A stretch of DNA of 64,000 bases from Octopus sinensis (lineage: Eukaryota): contig NC_043003.1 of assembly GCF_006345805.1 (NCBI RefSeq), positions 65,596,001-65,660,000 of the forward strand, written 5' to 3'. The notes under the pieces are model-generated. The model was not told the DNA's origin and did no database searches. It saw only the letters and a list, made by a program, of their open reading frames with translations. A program made the translations under genes and the position numbers. Every line of letters starts with the position of its first letter. The first letter of the stretch is position 1. Positions 1 through 12,834 of the stretch are shown here, in pieces.

Positions 1-1
1 A

Positions 2-490
2 ATAGTATATCCTAATGTTGTGGATTAGAATGTCAGATGGAATCCTTTATTTATTTCTTGTCGGAAAATCTTACTTTCTGAGTTCATACAGAGATTAAGA
101 AAATATTGTACCATTTGTTATCAGATTCGGTAGAGGATAAGTGCTTACAGATTAGATGTCTGAGTCTCCACGTTCAGATTTCATATTCCAAAGAGCTCCA
201 AGATCCTATCTTCTGTCTTAGATTGATTTAAGGAAAAACTAGTCAACAAGTGTGGGATGGGAAACTTCATAGTATATCGTAATATTAAGGATAAGAATGT
301 TAGATGGAATCCTTTATTTCTTGACGGAAAATCTTACTTCCTGAGTTCATACAGGGATCAAGAAAATGTACTATTTTAATCAGAATTGGGACAGGATAAG
401 GACTTCACGTTCTGATTTAATATTCCAAAGAGATTGAAGTTTCTATCATCTGTCTTGCATTGATTAATAGAAAAACTAGTGAAGCAGTGT
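2..490. repeat. Diverged tandem duplication, ~267-bp period (array may continue left of the window)
   Basis: ATAGTATATC..AGAATGT.AGATGGAATCCTTTATT..GGAAAATCTTACTT.CTGAGTTCATACAG starts at 2 and again at 269. The second copy has an internal deletion, roughly 80% identity by eye. Confidence 0.85.
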
Positions 491-604
491 CAAAAAAATT
501 ATCATAAGGCTAGTTACCTGATTAGCAAGTCGGATAACTAACCAAGATAACAACAGTCCCTCTGAATGAAACACCAATCTGTGGCTGGGTTCAAGTCCAG
601 CTGG

Positions 605-780
605 GACGGGACAGTTCGATTAAGCCGACCTCAGTAATAGAATGTGTTATTTTATAGATTCCGAACGGATGAAAGCAAGTTCACCGCGGTGGGGTTTGAC
701 CTCAGACCCTAAAGTGACAGAAGAAATGCCGCTAAGCATTTTGCCCGAAATGCGAAGGATTTTACCAACTTGCCGCCCTG
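605..780 (-). mobile_element. Degraded tRNA-derived SINE, family A (head GGCGGCGAGCTGGCAGAA..; body GTCGACTTTGCCTTTCATCC..GGGGTCGAT)
   Basis: Reverse-complement similarity to better-preserved copies at 18505-18860 and 45900-46115. Confidence 0.7.
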
Positions 781-1961
781 GAAAAATTATATAATTCCAT
801 TTTAATCACCTCGAGAACTTGACATGTACGTTATGATATTGCTTCATTCACAGCAGAAATGCTTTATAAATTCCTTTACTGCATGTCATATTTGAACAAA
901 ATGTAAATACAGGGTAACTAAATTCATTTAAACAGGAATTGAAGCTAATGTCTCTGCAGAGAGTCTAAATCAAAACATGATATGAATTCCTTAATCAGAA
1001 GTGACTTATCTTAATGTATATTTTTAAGCATAAGCCTGGTGCAAATAAAGCATACATACTGCCATCTTAAAAAAGTAGGAAGAAAACCTTACTAGAAAAA
1101 TATTGATGTTCATAAAAGACCGTTGCAAGGATCATTAAGAAAGGCACCGTTGTTTTTTCTAAGTCGGGGAATAGCTTTAGAAATCAGGAAAACAGAAAAA
1201 AAGAATAAAGGATGTTTACATGATTTGGGATTTATATATGTAATTGGCGAGGAAATCAAAATAATGATGAGTCGATAACTTGTTTGATGTTGGATTAAAG
1301 ATAATCATAAGCATTTGTATGTATTTATTCGTTATATAGATATATATCTATGTATGTATCTGTCTATATATACATACATTAAAACATACATACAGAGAGA
1401 AAGAGAAAGAGATACAGAGATGGGGGTGAAAGATGTACGCATGAAAATGCACGTGTATTTATGTCTCGTTTAAGAAAAATCACATAATTAATAATTAATA
1501 AGAACCATATCATAATATTACATAGATCATTAGAAAGCCGAGGCATATATCACAGTTAATTAATTAATTATGGCACTGATCAAAACGAAACAAAAACATA
1601 TATAACATCGATATCAAAGAAGAAAGAGTCAGGAAAAAACACTTCAAACTCTGTAGTATAATTAACCTGTAGCACGAAAACAAGAAACAATATTGCAGCA
1701 GTGATATAAAGATCACAAAAAACATAGACAATTTAATATATTAAGAAAAACAAAATTCATTTTCCTCATGAGAAATAACGGTTTGCAAAAATATGATGTA
1801 AACATGCTAAAAATTATTTTGCAACAGAAAGTTTTGTGATGGAAAATAATATTACTTATGAAATTCATTGTAAACATCCTCCAAAGAAAATAAGGTGAAG
1901 GATGGTTATATACATACATATGTGTGTGTATATATATATATAATATATATATATATATATA

Positions 1962-2163
1962 GTTAATCCAAACAAGAAAGCACAAAAAAAAACACAACAA
2001 CGCGAGGACGTGGAACAAATAAAGTATTATTGGACGCTCAGGAAAGAAGGGAAGAAGGAGGGTCTAATGTTTCGAGCGGAGCTCTTCGTCGGAAACATAG
2101 GAGAAGGAAAGATCCAGAGAAGGGAAGACAGAGGAAAAAAATCGCCAGCAGTACTCACGAGGT

Positions 2164-2165
<2 letters not shown>
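1962..2165 (-). mobile_element. Short (TA)n-anchored element with a degenerate minimal HHR (PLE-derived, non-autonomous)
   Basis: Bounded by (TA)n tracts. The minus strand at 2062-2098 reads GTTT-CCGACGA-A-GAGC-TCC-GCTC-GAAA-CATT-AGA (core U4>C, stem III mutated). Similar to 24523-24750. Confidence 0.6.
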
Positions 2166-2222
<57 letters not shown>

Positions 2223-2641
2223 TCACGCACGAACACATACACATACATTGGTTCACTGTTTGTTCTTATGCTTAGTAATACAATCCTAACCCAGAATTTT
2301 GCAGTAATGTGATGGGTTACCCTATATTTCTGTAGAATTCAAATTTATTACTCTTAGACAAGATTGTTATTGATAGTGATTTCGAAGTTTAGGCCAGTTG
2401 AACTATCGTCGGATGATGGCTTCACTGGCTGAGACTTCGAAATCACTGCCAATAATAATATTGCTTAAGAATAATACACACACACACACACACACATATA
2501 TATGGATGTGTGAGCTGTTGTGTGTATGTGTGTGTGTATGCTTCTATTTCTATGTGTCTTTATACGTATATATATATGTATATATGTGTAAAGTCGTGTA
2601 TATGTGTTTGAGTGTGCATTTGTGTGTATATATATGTATGC

Positions 2642-2710
<69 letters not shown>

Positions 2711-2732
2711 AGAAAGAGAGAGAGAGAGAGGC

Positions 2733-3286
2733 TGTATACTGTCAAATTAACGTGACAGTCCCGTATGAGAATTACACCACCGCTGTTTAGCCCTAGGAAG
2801 CATCGAACGCTTCCTGTCGGCTTTGACACATTTTCTGTGTCCTTATATTTGTGAAGGGGAGGCAAGCACCCCTACCAGCCAAGATCGCTTCACCACCGTT
2901 CATGTCTCTTTGAGACATTTAGAAATTTTATATTTTTGATTACGGTAACCAGTGAATAGATTTCACTGTAAATATATATATTTGTGAAGGCTGGACAGGC
3001 ACCTCAATCAGCAGATCTCACTGTCCTGGGCTGATGACGGGTTAAGACCCAGAAACATGCATGTGTGAATCTTAGCTGGTAGGGATGCTTGCCTCCCCTT
3101 CACAAATATAAGGACACAGAAAATGTGTCAAAGCCGACAGGAATCGTTCGATGCTTCCTAGGGCTAAACAGCCGTGGTGTAATTCCCATACGGAACTGTC
3201 ACGTTAAGTTGACAGTATACAACCACTCTATCGCTCCACCACCGCTCATGTCTCTTTGAAACATTTAGAAATTTTATATTTCTGAT
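2733..3286. repeat. Inverted duplication with direct repeat (A-B-X-A'-B)
   Basis: Arm A 2733-2885 is the reverse complement of 3069-3221 (~95% identity). B 2884-2940 is repeated directly at 3230-3286. Confidence 0.95.
3026..3065 (+). ncRNA. Degenerate minimal hammerhead ribozyme motif
   Basis: CTGATGA-C-GGGT-TAAG-ACCC-A-GAAA followed by the self-complementary ACATGCATGT. The triplet is GUG (non-cleavable) and the stem I 3' strand is missing. Confidence 0.5.
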
Positions 3287-3288
3287 AT

Positions 3289-3336
<48 letters not shown>

Positions 3337-3338
3337 TA

Positions 3339-3423
3339 CTTTATTTAAAGCAGCAGAAAATTCTACAAAACCTGTTACTCAGATTAACAGGTTTTGTAGA
3401 ATTTTCTGCTGCTTTAAATAAAG
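3339..3423. repeat. Perfect 39-bp hairpin, 7-nt loop
   Basis: 3339-3377 is the exact reverse complement of 3385-3423; loop CTCAGAT. It directly follows a (TA)n tract. Confidence 0.95.
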
Positions 3424-4960
3424 CATATTACTCTACCACTGGTATTTGAGTACTCTTTTTTTCCACCTTGTTTCACATTTATGTGGTTACATATATGATA
3501 TGTATACATGCATGTATATATGTGTGTACGTGTGTAAATGTGTGTGCGTATGTGTGTACATGTGCGTTTGTATGTGTACGTGTGGAAACACTCGGCGTTT
3601 TGTCCCAAAACAATGTTTATGCACTTCAACTTCTGATAACTCGATTTTCATTGCTTTTGTAACCCAATTAGAAATAATCAAGGGAGCCAGACCATGTTTG
3701 AGCAAGGGAGATTTGCCATAAACGGTTACTGGAAATTTGAAAACGAAAGCTGACGGCTACATATAATGTGGGTGGGAGGCCTACCTGTAAGATTCAGCAT
3801 CAATTAAAAAGAAGTTTGAATTAAAGATTAGTATGAAGCTAATGGAACTATTCAAAATGTTCGCAAGAAAACTTCCTGAAGACCACCGGTACAGACGACC
3901 CTCTCGATGCAAGAAATGGTATTAGAGACATATTGCCAGAGTTCAAGAAATTCAGTTGTGGTAAGTGAATCGTGAGATAGGACTTAGAAGGGATATCATT
4001 GGAAAAGTTACATTTCAAGAATACTTTCAGTTAAGATGACCCGCACCGAACTTTTGTGAGTGGCACTTGGCCAAATATGTAAAATTGCCGGCTATGTAAA
4101 ATTGAGTGATGAGACTACATTTAAATTAAATGATTCAATTAAACGCGAAAATTGCACCTACTAGCGATGCCCTTAAAGCCAAGAACTTTTCAGCATGCTC
4201 TCGTGTGTCTGTGTAGGTACAAGATATATATGTATATGTATACAACCATACATGCGTGGGGGTGTTTTAGCGCGCGTGTAAAACAATTCGGACGTGTACA
4301 CGCCGTCCAGTATTGTGTGTGTTCATCTTACTGGGTATAAAATAAGTAGCTCCAGGAATAACGTATAACTCAAGTCGCCCTTAATATTTTCAGTCGTAGT
4401 CTTTTCAGAAATTTCTAACTAATTCGCATATGTAGTAACGGCCTGCTTGTGAACAGATGCGTTGCTTTTGTGAAGTATAAATCACTTAGTTGTCAAGCAG
4501 AACTGAATGCATATGCTAGTTTTATGAAATATCAGTAGAACCGTGACACTTTTGACAAAAATGATCCATTATTATTGCACGACGCTTCAAAAGTGAAAAC
4601 CGATGCGTTGTAGTGATACGGTTTGTCAAATAATCAGATATTTTCCTTGTCCTGCAAAAGAACGTTCACAACAATGCTACGTGGTTTAGTTCCATCCCTT
4701 GCTGTAGCTCGGATGTGCAATATTTAATCACCAGGAATGTATAACTAAGAAGAACAACACTTTCTAAGATAAATTTGTTTTCCATACAGATTTTGTAAAA
4801 TGTTGAGTTATTTTGCTATTAAAATCGTAATTTTCAATTTGTTGCTGTTGATGTCCTATTTCATGTTTTTGTATACTTCCATTGTCAATGTTGATTGACC
4901 AGCCCTATGAGGAAATGTATTTCAGCAATATTCTTGTCACAGGTTTTAGGAGAGAGAGAG

Positions 4961-5002
<42 letters not shown>

Positions 5003-7089
5003 TGTGTGTGTATGTGTGTGGTGGGGATGTTAACATAAATATGTTGTTTTCTTTTCTAACACAGTGAAATGTGATTCGGGATTTGTACTTTTACCAAGTT
5101 GAGTGACCAGCTCTGACCTCTATTACGTGAACAGGTCAATACAAATTTACTTTTGTATATTGAAAAAGCATACTAGAAGTAACACACACACACACATACG
5201 CACACACACATACACCCACAAATATGGGAACCATAAAAAAACGATATGACTATTCCAACAGTAAAACACCGATATCATATAGTAAATTTTTCTCTTGAGT
5301 GTGGTCTGGTTGTATCACATATTCTGTTAAATAACACAAAGTGATACGATTAATGGAATATGATCGTAAAAGCAATGATCTCATTTGTTTGTATAAAAAT
5401 CTGAGGATATAAAGATTATTCTATGATTAAATTACATAGTCTCTATTGAATACAAGTATTCGTTATGAATAAAGCTACCATTGGTAAATATCGTAAATTA
5501 TTTATCATACTTAGGCATGGTTATGCACCCTCGTGGTTTCGAGTTCAATCCTGATGAGCGGAACCTTGAGCAAATGTATTCTAATATAGCACCCAACCGA
5601 TACCCTGTGACTGATATACAAGCAAATTTTCTAAACCTTTTTAAAACAAACCTATTTATTTCCACTTATCTATTTCCACTTGTAGATCATGCAGTATTTC
5701 CGTCTTGAAACATCAGTTTCACTCCTTGATTTGTCCAGTTTCAGAATTCTTCAGATGCTACATGGTTTATATATATTCAACACTTCTGGTGCCATTAGTT
5801 GCAGACCCGCTTTAAGCTCCTGCATTCCTCCCTTCTCCTATATTTTGTTTAGCTTCATTGCTACTTGTGAAATTAGGGGCCAGTATCCTGGTTTAATTGT
5901 AACCACCATTTGCATGAAGTTACAGGACAGAATGTTTGCCATCTCTTCGAACAGTTACTCACTGCTTCTGGTGTACGGAAGTCTACTATTGATGTATGTA
6001 TTCGAAGATATTTTCGTCAATATAATTTGGACAGCATGCAAGATAAAGTTACTGGTCACATTACACTTGGTGGAAGACAACTTTAGCAATGCCTAGAGGC
6101 ACCTCGCTCTTGGAATGTATTTGAACTGCCTTTATTCATGAAGGAATCTGCAATGAAATGCGTTGCAGTATCAAGCGCAATAAGTTACTGGTATTGTTTA
6201 CTTCACTCAGTGTATTGATAACATATTCTTTCCATGAAACTACAAATATTTAAATAAAATATTTAACCCTACTTCTCAATAAGTGAGGTGATCACTTTCC
6301 AGAAGCCAATATTGTTTAACATTCAACGTTGGCAGCAGTTCTTTTATTTAACTTCCAGTTGCAAGATGTCTTGTCATTCAAAATGTTTGAAAGTCGTGCC
6401 AATTAATCATTTTTTTGTTCGTGACCGCGTTTCGAATATTAAGTAGCATTATCTGCACTTTGAATTCTGTTTCCTTACCAGTTGAGTTGCATGATCTTGT
6501 TCGTATTTCTTCTAATCCCCAGAGTATCTGAGCATCTGCAGATATAGAGTAAAGAAGAGAAACCTAGAGAATCTTTGTAAGATTTGGTCCAAATTTGGTC
6601 GATAATTCTCCCTTCGTGGCTCTGCCTTTCTCATCCTTGATATCGAGGACGTTTGCTCTACACATCATATACAGTTGTGTATTGGTCGCCTCGGAATGTA
6701 TGCAAGACTTCGTGAGATGTTACACCTGCATTGGATAAAGTAGCATTTACAGGTAACGGCCCTTAGTCTGATGCCAGCTGAGTAAGTTTACGGAGATATG
6801 ACCATGCAGATTACTCTTGAATCTCCCGCACATCCTAATTTGTGTATTTAACGCTTTTTATTGTCCAAGAGAAAGTACTTGGGAATATTTGAATAAAAAA
6901 TGTTTGAGCCTCCGACTCTTGCACATTTAGATAGACCAACCGTTCCCACTCGTGCTACTATAACTATCTCTCTCAGGGTCATTGCGATTTTAGGATCTTT
7001 TAGAAATTGATCACCCTCCTCTAGGCGTTATATTCAGGGATGATTAATCCCCTGCTCTTTCCTGTTAGTGCAACCATTCATATCCCTTT

Positions 7090-8130
7090 TCAGAGCCCAC
7101 TCTTCCTGATCCACAGTCTCCTTGAAGTAATCTCTGCTGCCTCTAGATCCAACTTGGTGTCTGCTATCTACTGGCCCTTGCCAAACATGTAGTCTCTGTC
7201 GATAGAAGAGTCCCCATCCCTTCCTCTCAATCCCACCTCTATAGGATTGCACATTATTTTCCATCCATTGCTTCGATATAACTCCATAATCTCAGTAAAT
7301 TGTATTCATGTCATCATATTTGATTTGTCAATCTGTTAACCTCAGTGAATGAAGAGTTCTACCAGAACAGCCTGCTTAAATGCTTCATACATCAGCATTA
7401 TGACTAGATTAGTGATGATCATGTGACCGTTTCTGAGAGAATCAGCGTCTTCTCCAGGCTGATTTTAGTAACTTACAGCTCTGTTCCATTGCTAGGAAGC
7501 GCGCGGAAGTAAGTTGACCATGCGTCATATTTAAACCAGCTTTGAAGAACGGTAGTTTCTGCTGTTGCATGTAGGCGCTTACAATTGCCGATTCCACGGC
7601 GATAACGTCAGCTATGGCCTTCAAGACATGTTCTTGAATCCAGTTGTTGAGGTTCTCGCCCAAAACATTTGGACAGCTTTGCGAGTGTGTTCTAAGCTTC
7701 ATTTCCTCACGCCCAAAAGGAAAACTTCTGATTTCAACTTCCTCAACTAGAACAAGTCGAACAAGATCGGTAAGACGTCGTAAACTATTTGAATCAGAAA
7801 TTTATTTGCAGTGGAGCTCGTCTTTCCAAAGCTCAGGTCATGAGACTTTGTGTACATGTGGATTGCATCCATCTAAATCAGGTTTTCTGGTGCTGCATAG
7901 AATTCTTCAAATGACGTTTGCACCTCTATCAATAACCTCCTGTACTTTCTTTGCACTCTTCATGGCGAGTGTTATACTGTATCCCAAGGCAGCCCACCCA
8001 CGAGGTTCAGCACTCACCATCGCTCTGTGCTTTTGCCGTCACTGTGTAGTCTTAATAGCCCTTACTGCTTATTATGTCTTTCTTTCTTAAACAGATTGCT
8101 GATGTTTGCAGGGCGCTATCTTGTTGATAT
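7090..8130 (-). mobile_element. Fossil 3' part of a HERO-like (R2-group, RLE-type) non-LTR retrotransposon
   Basis: Manual translation across stops and frameshifts gives HKVS*PELWKDE, KFLIQIVYDVLP, SCPNVLGE..HVLKAIADVI..FFKAG, KQAVLVEL..YRSNGWKIMCNPIEVGLRG..EAAEITSRRLWIRK. These match the HERO-type zinc-knuckle/RLE C-terminus as I recall it (KFLIQAVYDVLP; GWRARCEPIEVGCRG; SRWLWIKR). Confidence 0.7.
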
Positions 8131-9099
8131 GGGCTAAGAACATTATGTTTATACCATGCTTGAAATACTTCATAGAAACAATCAACTGTTTACACAAAGG
8201 ATATTAATAATATTTCAAAGCAGAAAATCCCTAGAACAAGCGTTAGAATCCCAGAAAAACAGGGGTGTCACGTACTTTTGTTATCCATTGAAATATTATT
8301 TCACTTCACTTACAAGAGAAGTCTCCCAGCAATTATAACTCTTAGAAGTAATGAATTCAGTCCCAAAAGTACAGAAAACTCTTTAAATTTTTCCTTCATT
8401 ACATTCGTCACCAACATCCTCATCATCAACAGATGAATCTTCTTTAAGAGCAATTCCTTTTAAAATATGTTTCTTTTATTCTTCAAAAGTTTCCCTTTAT
8501 AGCCCTGTCCTTAGAATAACTCGTATTTCCTCGACATATTTTTTTCTAATACACATCCTTTTATTTAAGCAGTCATTAACTTTCAAGAGGCTTTTTCTTT
8601 TGAAATTGAATTTTGTTTCTTTAGATGTCAAACTAGAATTTAATCGAATTTTATAACAATTGATCTCTTTTCTGTTTGTCGCTCTGAGAGTGATTATTCT
8701 TTCTTTCTTTCCAGCAGGTGAGGTTGCTTAATTCCATTTGTAAAAAGGTTGATTATTAATGAATCTGGCAAATGCGTCATAGAGCCAAATTTTATGTAGG
8801 ATGCGCAGAATTAAGGAAGCCTCCAGAATTTTCCAGAATTATGGTTTGTTAATACTATTACTGATTGAATGACATACCAAGTGAACTTCATAAAATTGAA
8901 TTTAAAAGACATCCTTATAACAGGTATTACATTAAAGTTAACTAAGTATTAACTGACAAACTTTTCTTTTGATACAAATTTTATATATGTAGGAATATAT
9001 TATATTGACGTCTTTGTAATTAATCAACTTTCCATTAACCAATTTATAACTGAAAGAAAAATGGTTAGGGGATAGATGTTTTATCGTGTATTCAGTTCA

Positions 9100-9290
9100 G
9101 TCATTGGATTGCGGCCATACTGAGGTATCACCGTAAAAGACTTTAATCGAACTAATTGACTCTAGTTGATATGTTTATTTTAGCCACGTACTTATTCTAT
9201 CACTCTCTGTTACCGAACTGCTAAGTACGAGGATGTAAACAAAACAGCACCAGTTGTCAAGTAATAGCGGAGGGGTGACACATACACAAA
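9100..9290 (-). mobile_element. 3' half of tRNA-derived SINE family E
   Basis: Similar to the reverse complement of the 3' half of full copies at 59478-59880 and 62520-62890. Confidence 0.65.
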
Positions 9291-9774
9291 CGCTCACATG
9301 CACACGCACACAAACACACACACACGCGCGCGCGCGCGCGGGCTTTCATAGTTTCCCTCTACCAAATTCGAAGTAAAAGCAGGAAGAGGAGGACGAGGAG
9401 GAAAAGGAGGAAGGAGGAGGAGAAGGAAGTGGAGGCAGGCTAAGAGGAGAAGGTGGAAAAGAAGAAGAAAGAGGAGGAGAAAAAGGAGAAGGAGAAGAAG
9501 GATGAGGAGGAAAAGAAGGAAGACGACACGAAGGAGGAGGAGACGACGAAGATGAGAATTTCATTGTGTAGACCATCACAGCACAATCGCGAACTGCAGC
9601 AACGACACAAATAATGATTATTCCTGCTACAATCTGGTCCTGTCCTGACGAAACAATGCTTTTGTTGCAATACTGAAGTTAACTTGTCTCGTAATTCTCA
9701 GAAAGAAAATGGAAGATGTTTTAGAGTGAAGAATATATCAAATTATAAAATGTCGAGTGACGATACGTGACAAA

Positions 9775-10070
9775 GAGATTCGGCTCACGATCGAAAGATC
9801 ATGAGTTCGATACCTGTCGGCACTTTGTGTCCTTGAGCAAGACACTTTATTTCACGTTCTCCAGGCCATTCATCTGGTAAAAAGGAGTAGCACCTGTATT
9901 TCAAAGAGTCATCCTTTCACAATTCGTGTCATACTGAATTTCTCAGAGACCTACCTTAAATGTACGTGTTTCTGTGGAGTGCTCAACCACTTGCACTTTA
10001 ATTTCATGAGTAAGTTGTTCCGTTGATTGGATTAACCGGAACCCGCATCGTCGTAAGCGACGGAATATCA
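9775..10070 (+). mobile_element. tRNA-headed SINE (distinct family)
   Basis: B-box-like GAGTTCGATACC followed by GTGTCCTTGAGCAAGACACTTTATTTCAC, a core similar to that in the head of the 30565-30830 element. Confidence 0.7.
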
Positions 10071-10481
10071 ATTAAACAGGAATTCCAAAGAAGATATCTT
10101 TAAAACAAAAACCTAGAGAAAAGCGAGAGGAAAATATAACTTGTAGTTATATTGTTAGAGAGAAGTATGCATGTGTGAGAAAGGATGAATCATAAATTTG
10201 TTCGTCCATGTGCAATTATGTGCAAAGTAATAAATTATAAAGTTCAAGAATATTGAATGAAAACCAAAACTCCAGTCTAATCGAATTGAAAAAGGAATGC
10301 ACAATATTTGAAGATTTCGCAAACAATTTCAAGCAAAGTGTTGTGAATGAAAGACCAAATTAATCTAAAATCTATAATTGATATTTCAGTTTACAGTGAC
10401 ACTAGAATACCGATCTAGTCGAAATATTTGAAGTACAAGTAACAAATTTTAAGCAGATACTCATTGTAGATGATGCGTTTA

Positions 10482-10731
10482 CAGTAATACCTCGACTATC
10501 GTGGGTGTTATGTTCCAAAGCTCCCCGTCATAGGTAAAAATCCGCGAAGTAGGAACAGTACTGTACTGTATATTTAAAAAATTATTTTTATGATTTATAT
10601 ATATTTATATTGTTATAAATGCAAAATAACACCGCAGAGGGATCGGCATAACCTTAAATAATAAACCGCGATAACTGAACCGCGGTAGGTGAACGGGGGT
10701 AGGTAAACCGCGATATGGCGAGGGATTACTG
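10482..10731. mobile_element. pogo/Tigger-like MITE
   Basis: TIRs CAGTAATACCTCGACTATCG / CGATATGGCGAGGGATTACTG, with TA on both sides (10480-81, 10732-33). Confidence 0.85.
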
Positions 10732-10894
10732 TAGATGCAAAACTGGTAGGATAAATTGCTAAACATTACACGAATAAAACCTAGAACTGAACGTTCCTTA
10801 CTGGAAAACGTATGATAATGAGATGCAAAACTTATAGTTACATGTGTTACGCAACAGATACAATTATATTTTAAACAAGAATACCAGTGCATGA

Positions 10895-11440
10895 AATTCT
10901 TCTCTACTCTAGCCACAAGGTCAGAAATTTGAGGGGAGGGACCAGTCGATTAGATCGACCCCAGCACACAATTGGTACTCACTTTATCGACCCCAAAAGG
11001 ATGAAAGGCAAAGTCGACCTCGTCAGAATTTGAACTCAGAACGTTAAGACACAGAGTGGACAAACAAGGATAGACAAACGGATTAAGTCGATTATATCGA
11101 CCCCAGTGCGTAACTGGTACTTATTTAATCGGCCCCCAAAAAGATGATGGGCAAAGTCGACCTCGGCGGAATTTCAACTCAGAACGTAACGGCAGACGAA
11201 ATACCTATTTCTTTACTACCCACAAGGTCCTAAACATAGAGGGGACAAACAAAGACAGAAAAAGCGATTAAGTCGAATACATCGACCCCAGTGTATAACT
11301 GGTATTTACTCAATCGACCCCGAAAGGATGAAAGGCAAAGTTGATCTCGGCGGAATTTGAACTCAGAACGTAGCGACAGGCGAAATACCGCTGAGCATTT
11401 CGCCCGGTTTGCTAACGTTTCTGCCAGTGCTGGCGCCCTT
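10895..11440 (-). mobile_element. Trimeric family-A SINE array
   Basis: Three consecutive ..ATCGACCCC..GGATGAAAGGCAAAGTCGACCTCGGCGGAATTTGAACTCAGAACGT bodies with one head at 11390-11440. Confidence 0.9.
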
Positions 11441-12481
11441 TTATAGCGTAATAGAGACAACCCGACGCTTTACTTGTCTCGGGTATCTCTCCTCACCCTA
11501 ACTAATACAAGAAATTAGAGGAGTTATTAAAGTGGCAGGCACAAGAATACTAGACGTTTAGGAATAGGCGATTTGGAACCCGTTATCTGGCGTCAGTTTT
11601 TGACCACAGCAGTTTTCATGTTTCTCTCGTTCCCTCCTCCCCTACTTCCCTTTCTGTATAGCTATCATTCATTGTGTGTATTCTTATGTATGTGAGCATG
11701 CTTCTGTCTGTTTATGCATATGAGGAGAAGAAAAATGCTGTGTCATTCTTTTCAATTAATAAATTGTAATGGCTCTTTCTATCTGTATTTGTATAATTCT
11801 GCGCGCGTATGTATGTATCATGGAATGATACAGAAACAAAACTTTGATAGTTTACCATGTGTTGGCGTTTTATATTAACAGAGAGCAATATATTCAAAAC
11901 AAAGAGATAACGCCGACAGACATCCATAAAGTTGCTCGACCTGCAAGACATAACAACAACAACTTACTCAAATGATAGCCTGAAATCTTAATAAAGAGAA
12001 CATTGGTATGGTGTCAGCTCTGATGCATTTGAACTCAGGCCCCTTCATTCAAAACTGTAAAACAACAACAACAATAGCATCTTCGCAGAGGATTAACTTG
12101 TCATAATAAATAAGAGAGAGAGAGAGAGGGGGGGTAAAATAAACCATGCTTATCTCCCCCTAATCAAATGGTATCGGCTTACAAAGGGTGGGAAGCATGG
12201 AATGGTATGGAAATAGTAACACATTTGAATAGAAAAGGATCATAACACGGATAGAACGTATTTCATCATAGGTGCGCTTGATCCGGATAAAACCGGCGCT
12301 AATCAATAACAAGTTGTCCAAGAAATTTATCACAATAAATACGCATTCCTTGAAGAATTTCTCAGTTTGACTGGATAACTCACACAAGGTAGAATCTCAT
12401 GTATGTAATATAATTATGTAATATAATAAGATAAACAAACAAAGGCGCCCTCAGGCGAATTTAAAATCTAAATTACAAGAG

Positions 12482-12791
12482 AACAGTTCTATATTTAAGA
12501 GATGAGGAATTATGTACGTTATTTACGTTATTTAGAATTGACGATATTTGTCATTATCTTGTTTGCTCTTAATACAACGTTTCGGCTGATATACCCTCCA
12601 GCCTTCGTTAGGTGTCTTGGGGGGAAATTTCGAACCTTTGTTCTCATTCCTAAGGTAATTTTCGATGTTGTTGTTGTTGTTGTTATTATTATTATTATTA
12701 TTATTATTAAGGTCACTGCTTGGAATCGAACTAGGAATCTTGGGGTTTGTAGCCCGCGCTCTTAACCACTACACCATATGCCCGTGCGCAT

Positions 12792-12834
<43 letters not shown>

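Noticed and set aside
3792-3966. Possible exon ending at a GTAAGT donor (3961)
   Set aside because: All frames from the nearest plausible acceptor contain stops; no recognisable peptide.
6300-7050. Tx1/L1-like zinc-knuckle region on the minus strand
   Set aside because: Only vague motif echoes across many stops and frames; not enough to call.
12710-12791. tRNA gene (also heads at ~30760-30830, ~34940-35015, ~41580-41655)
   Set aside because: A/B boxes are present but there is no complete cloverleaf or acceptor stem; each is attached to a repeated SINE-type body.
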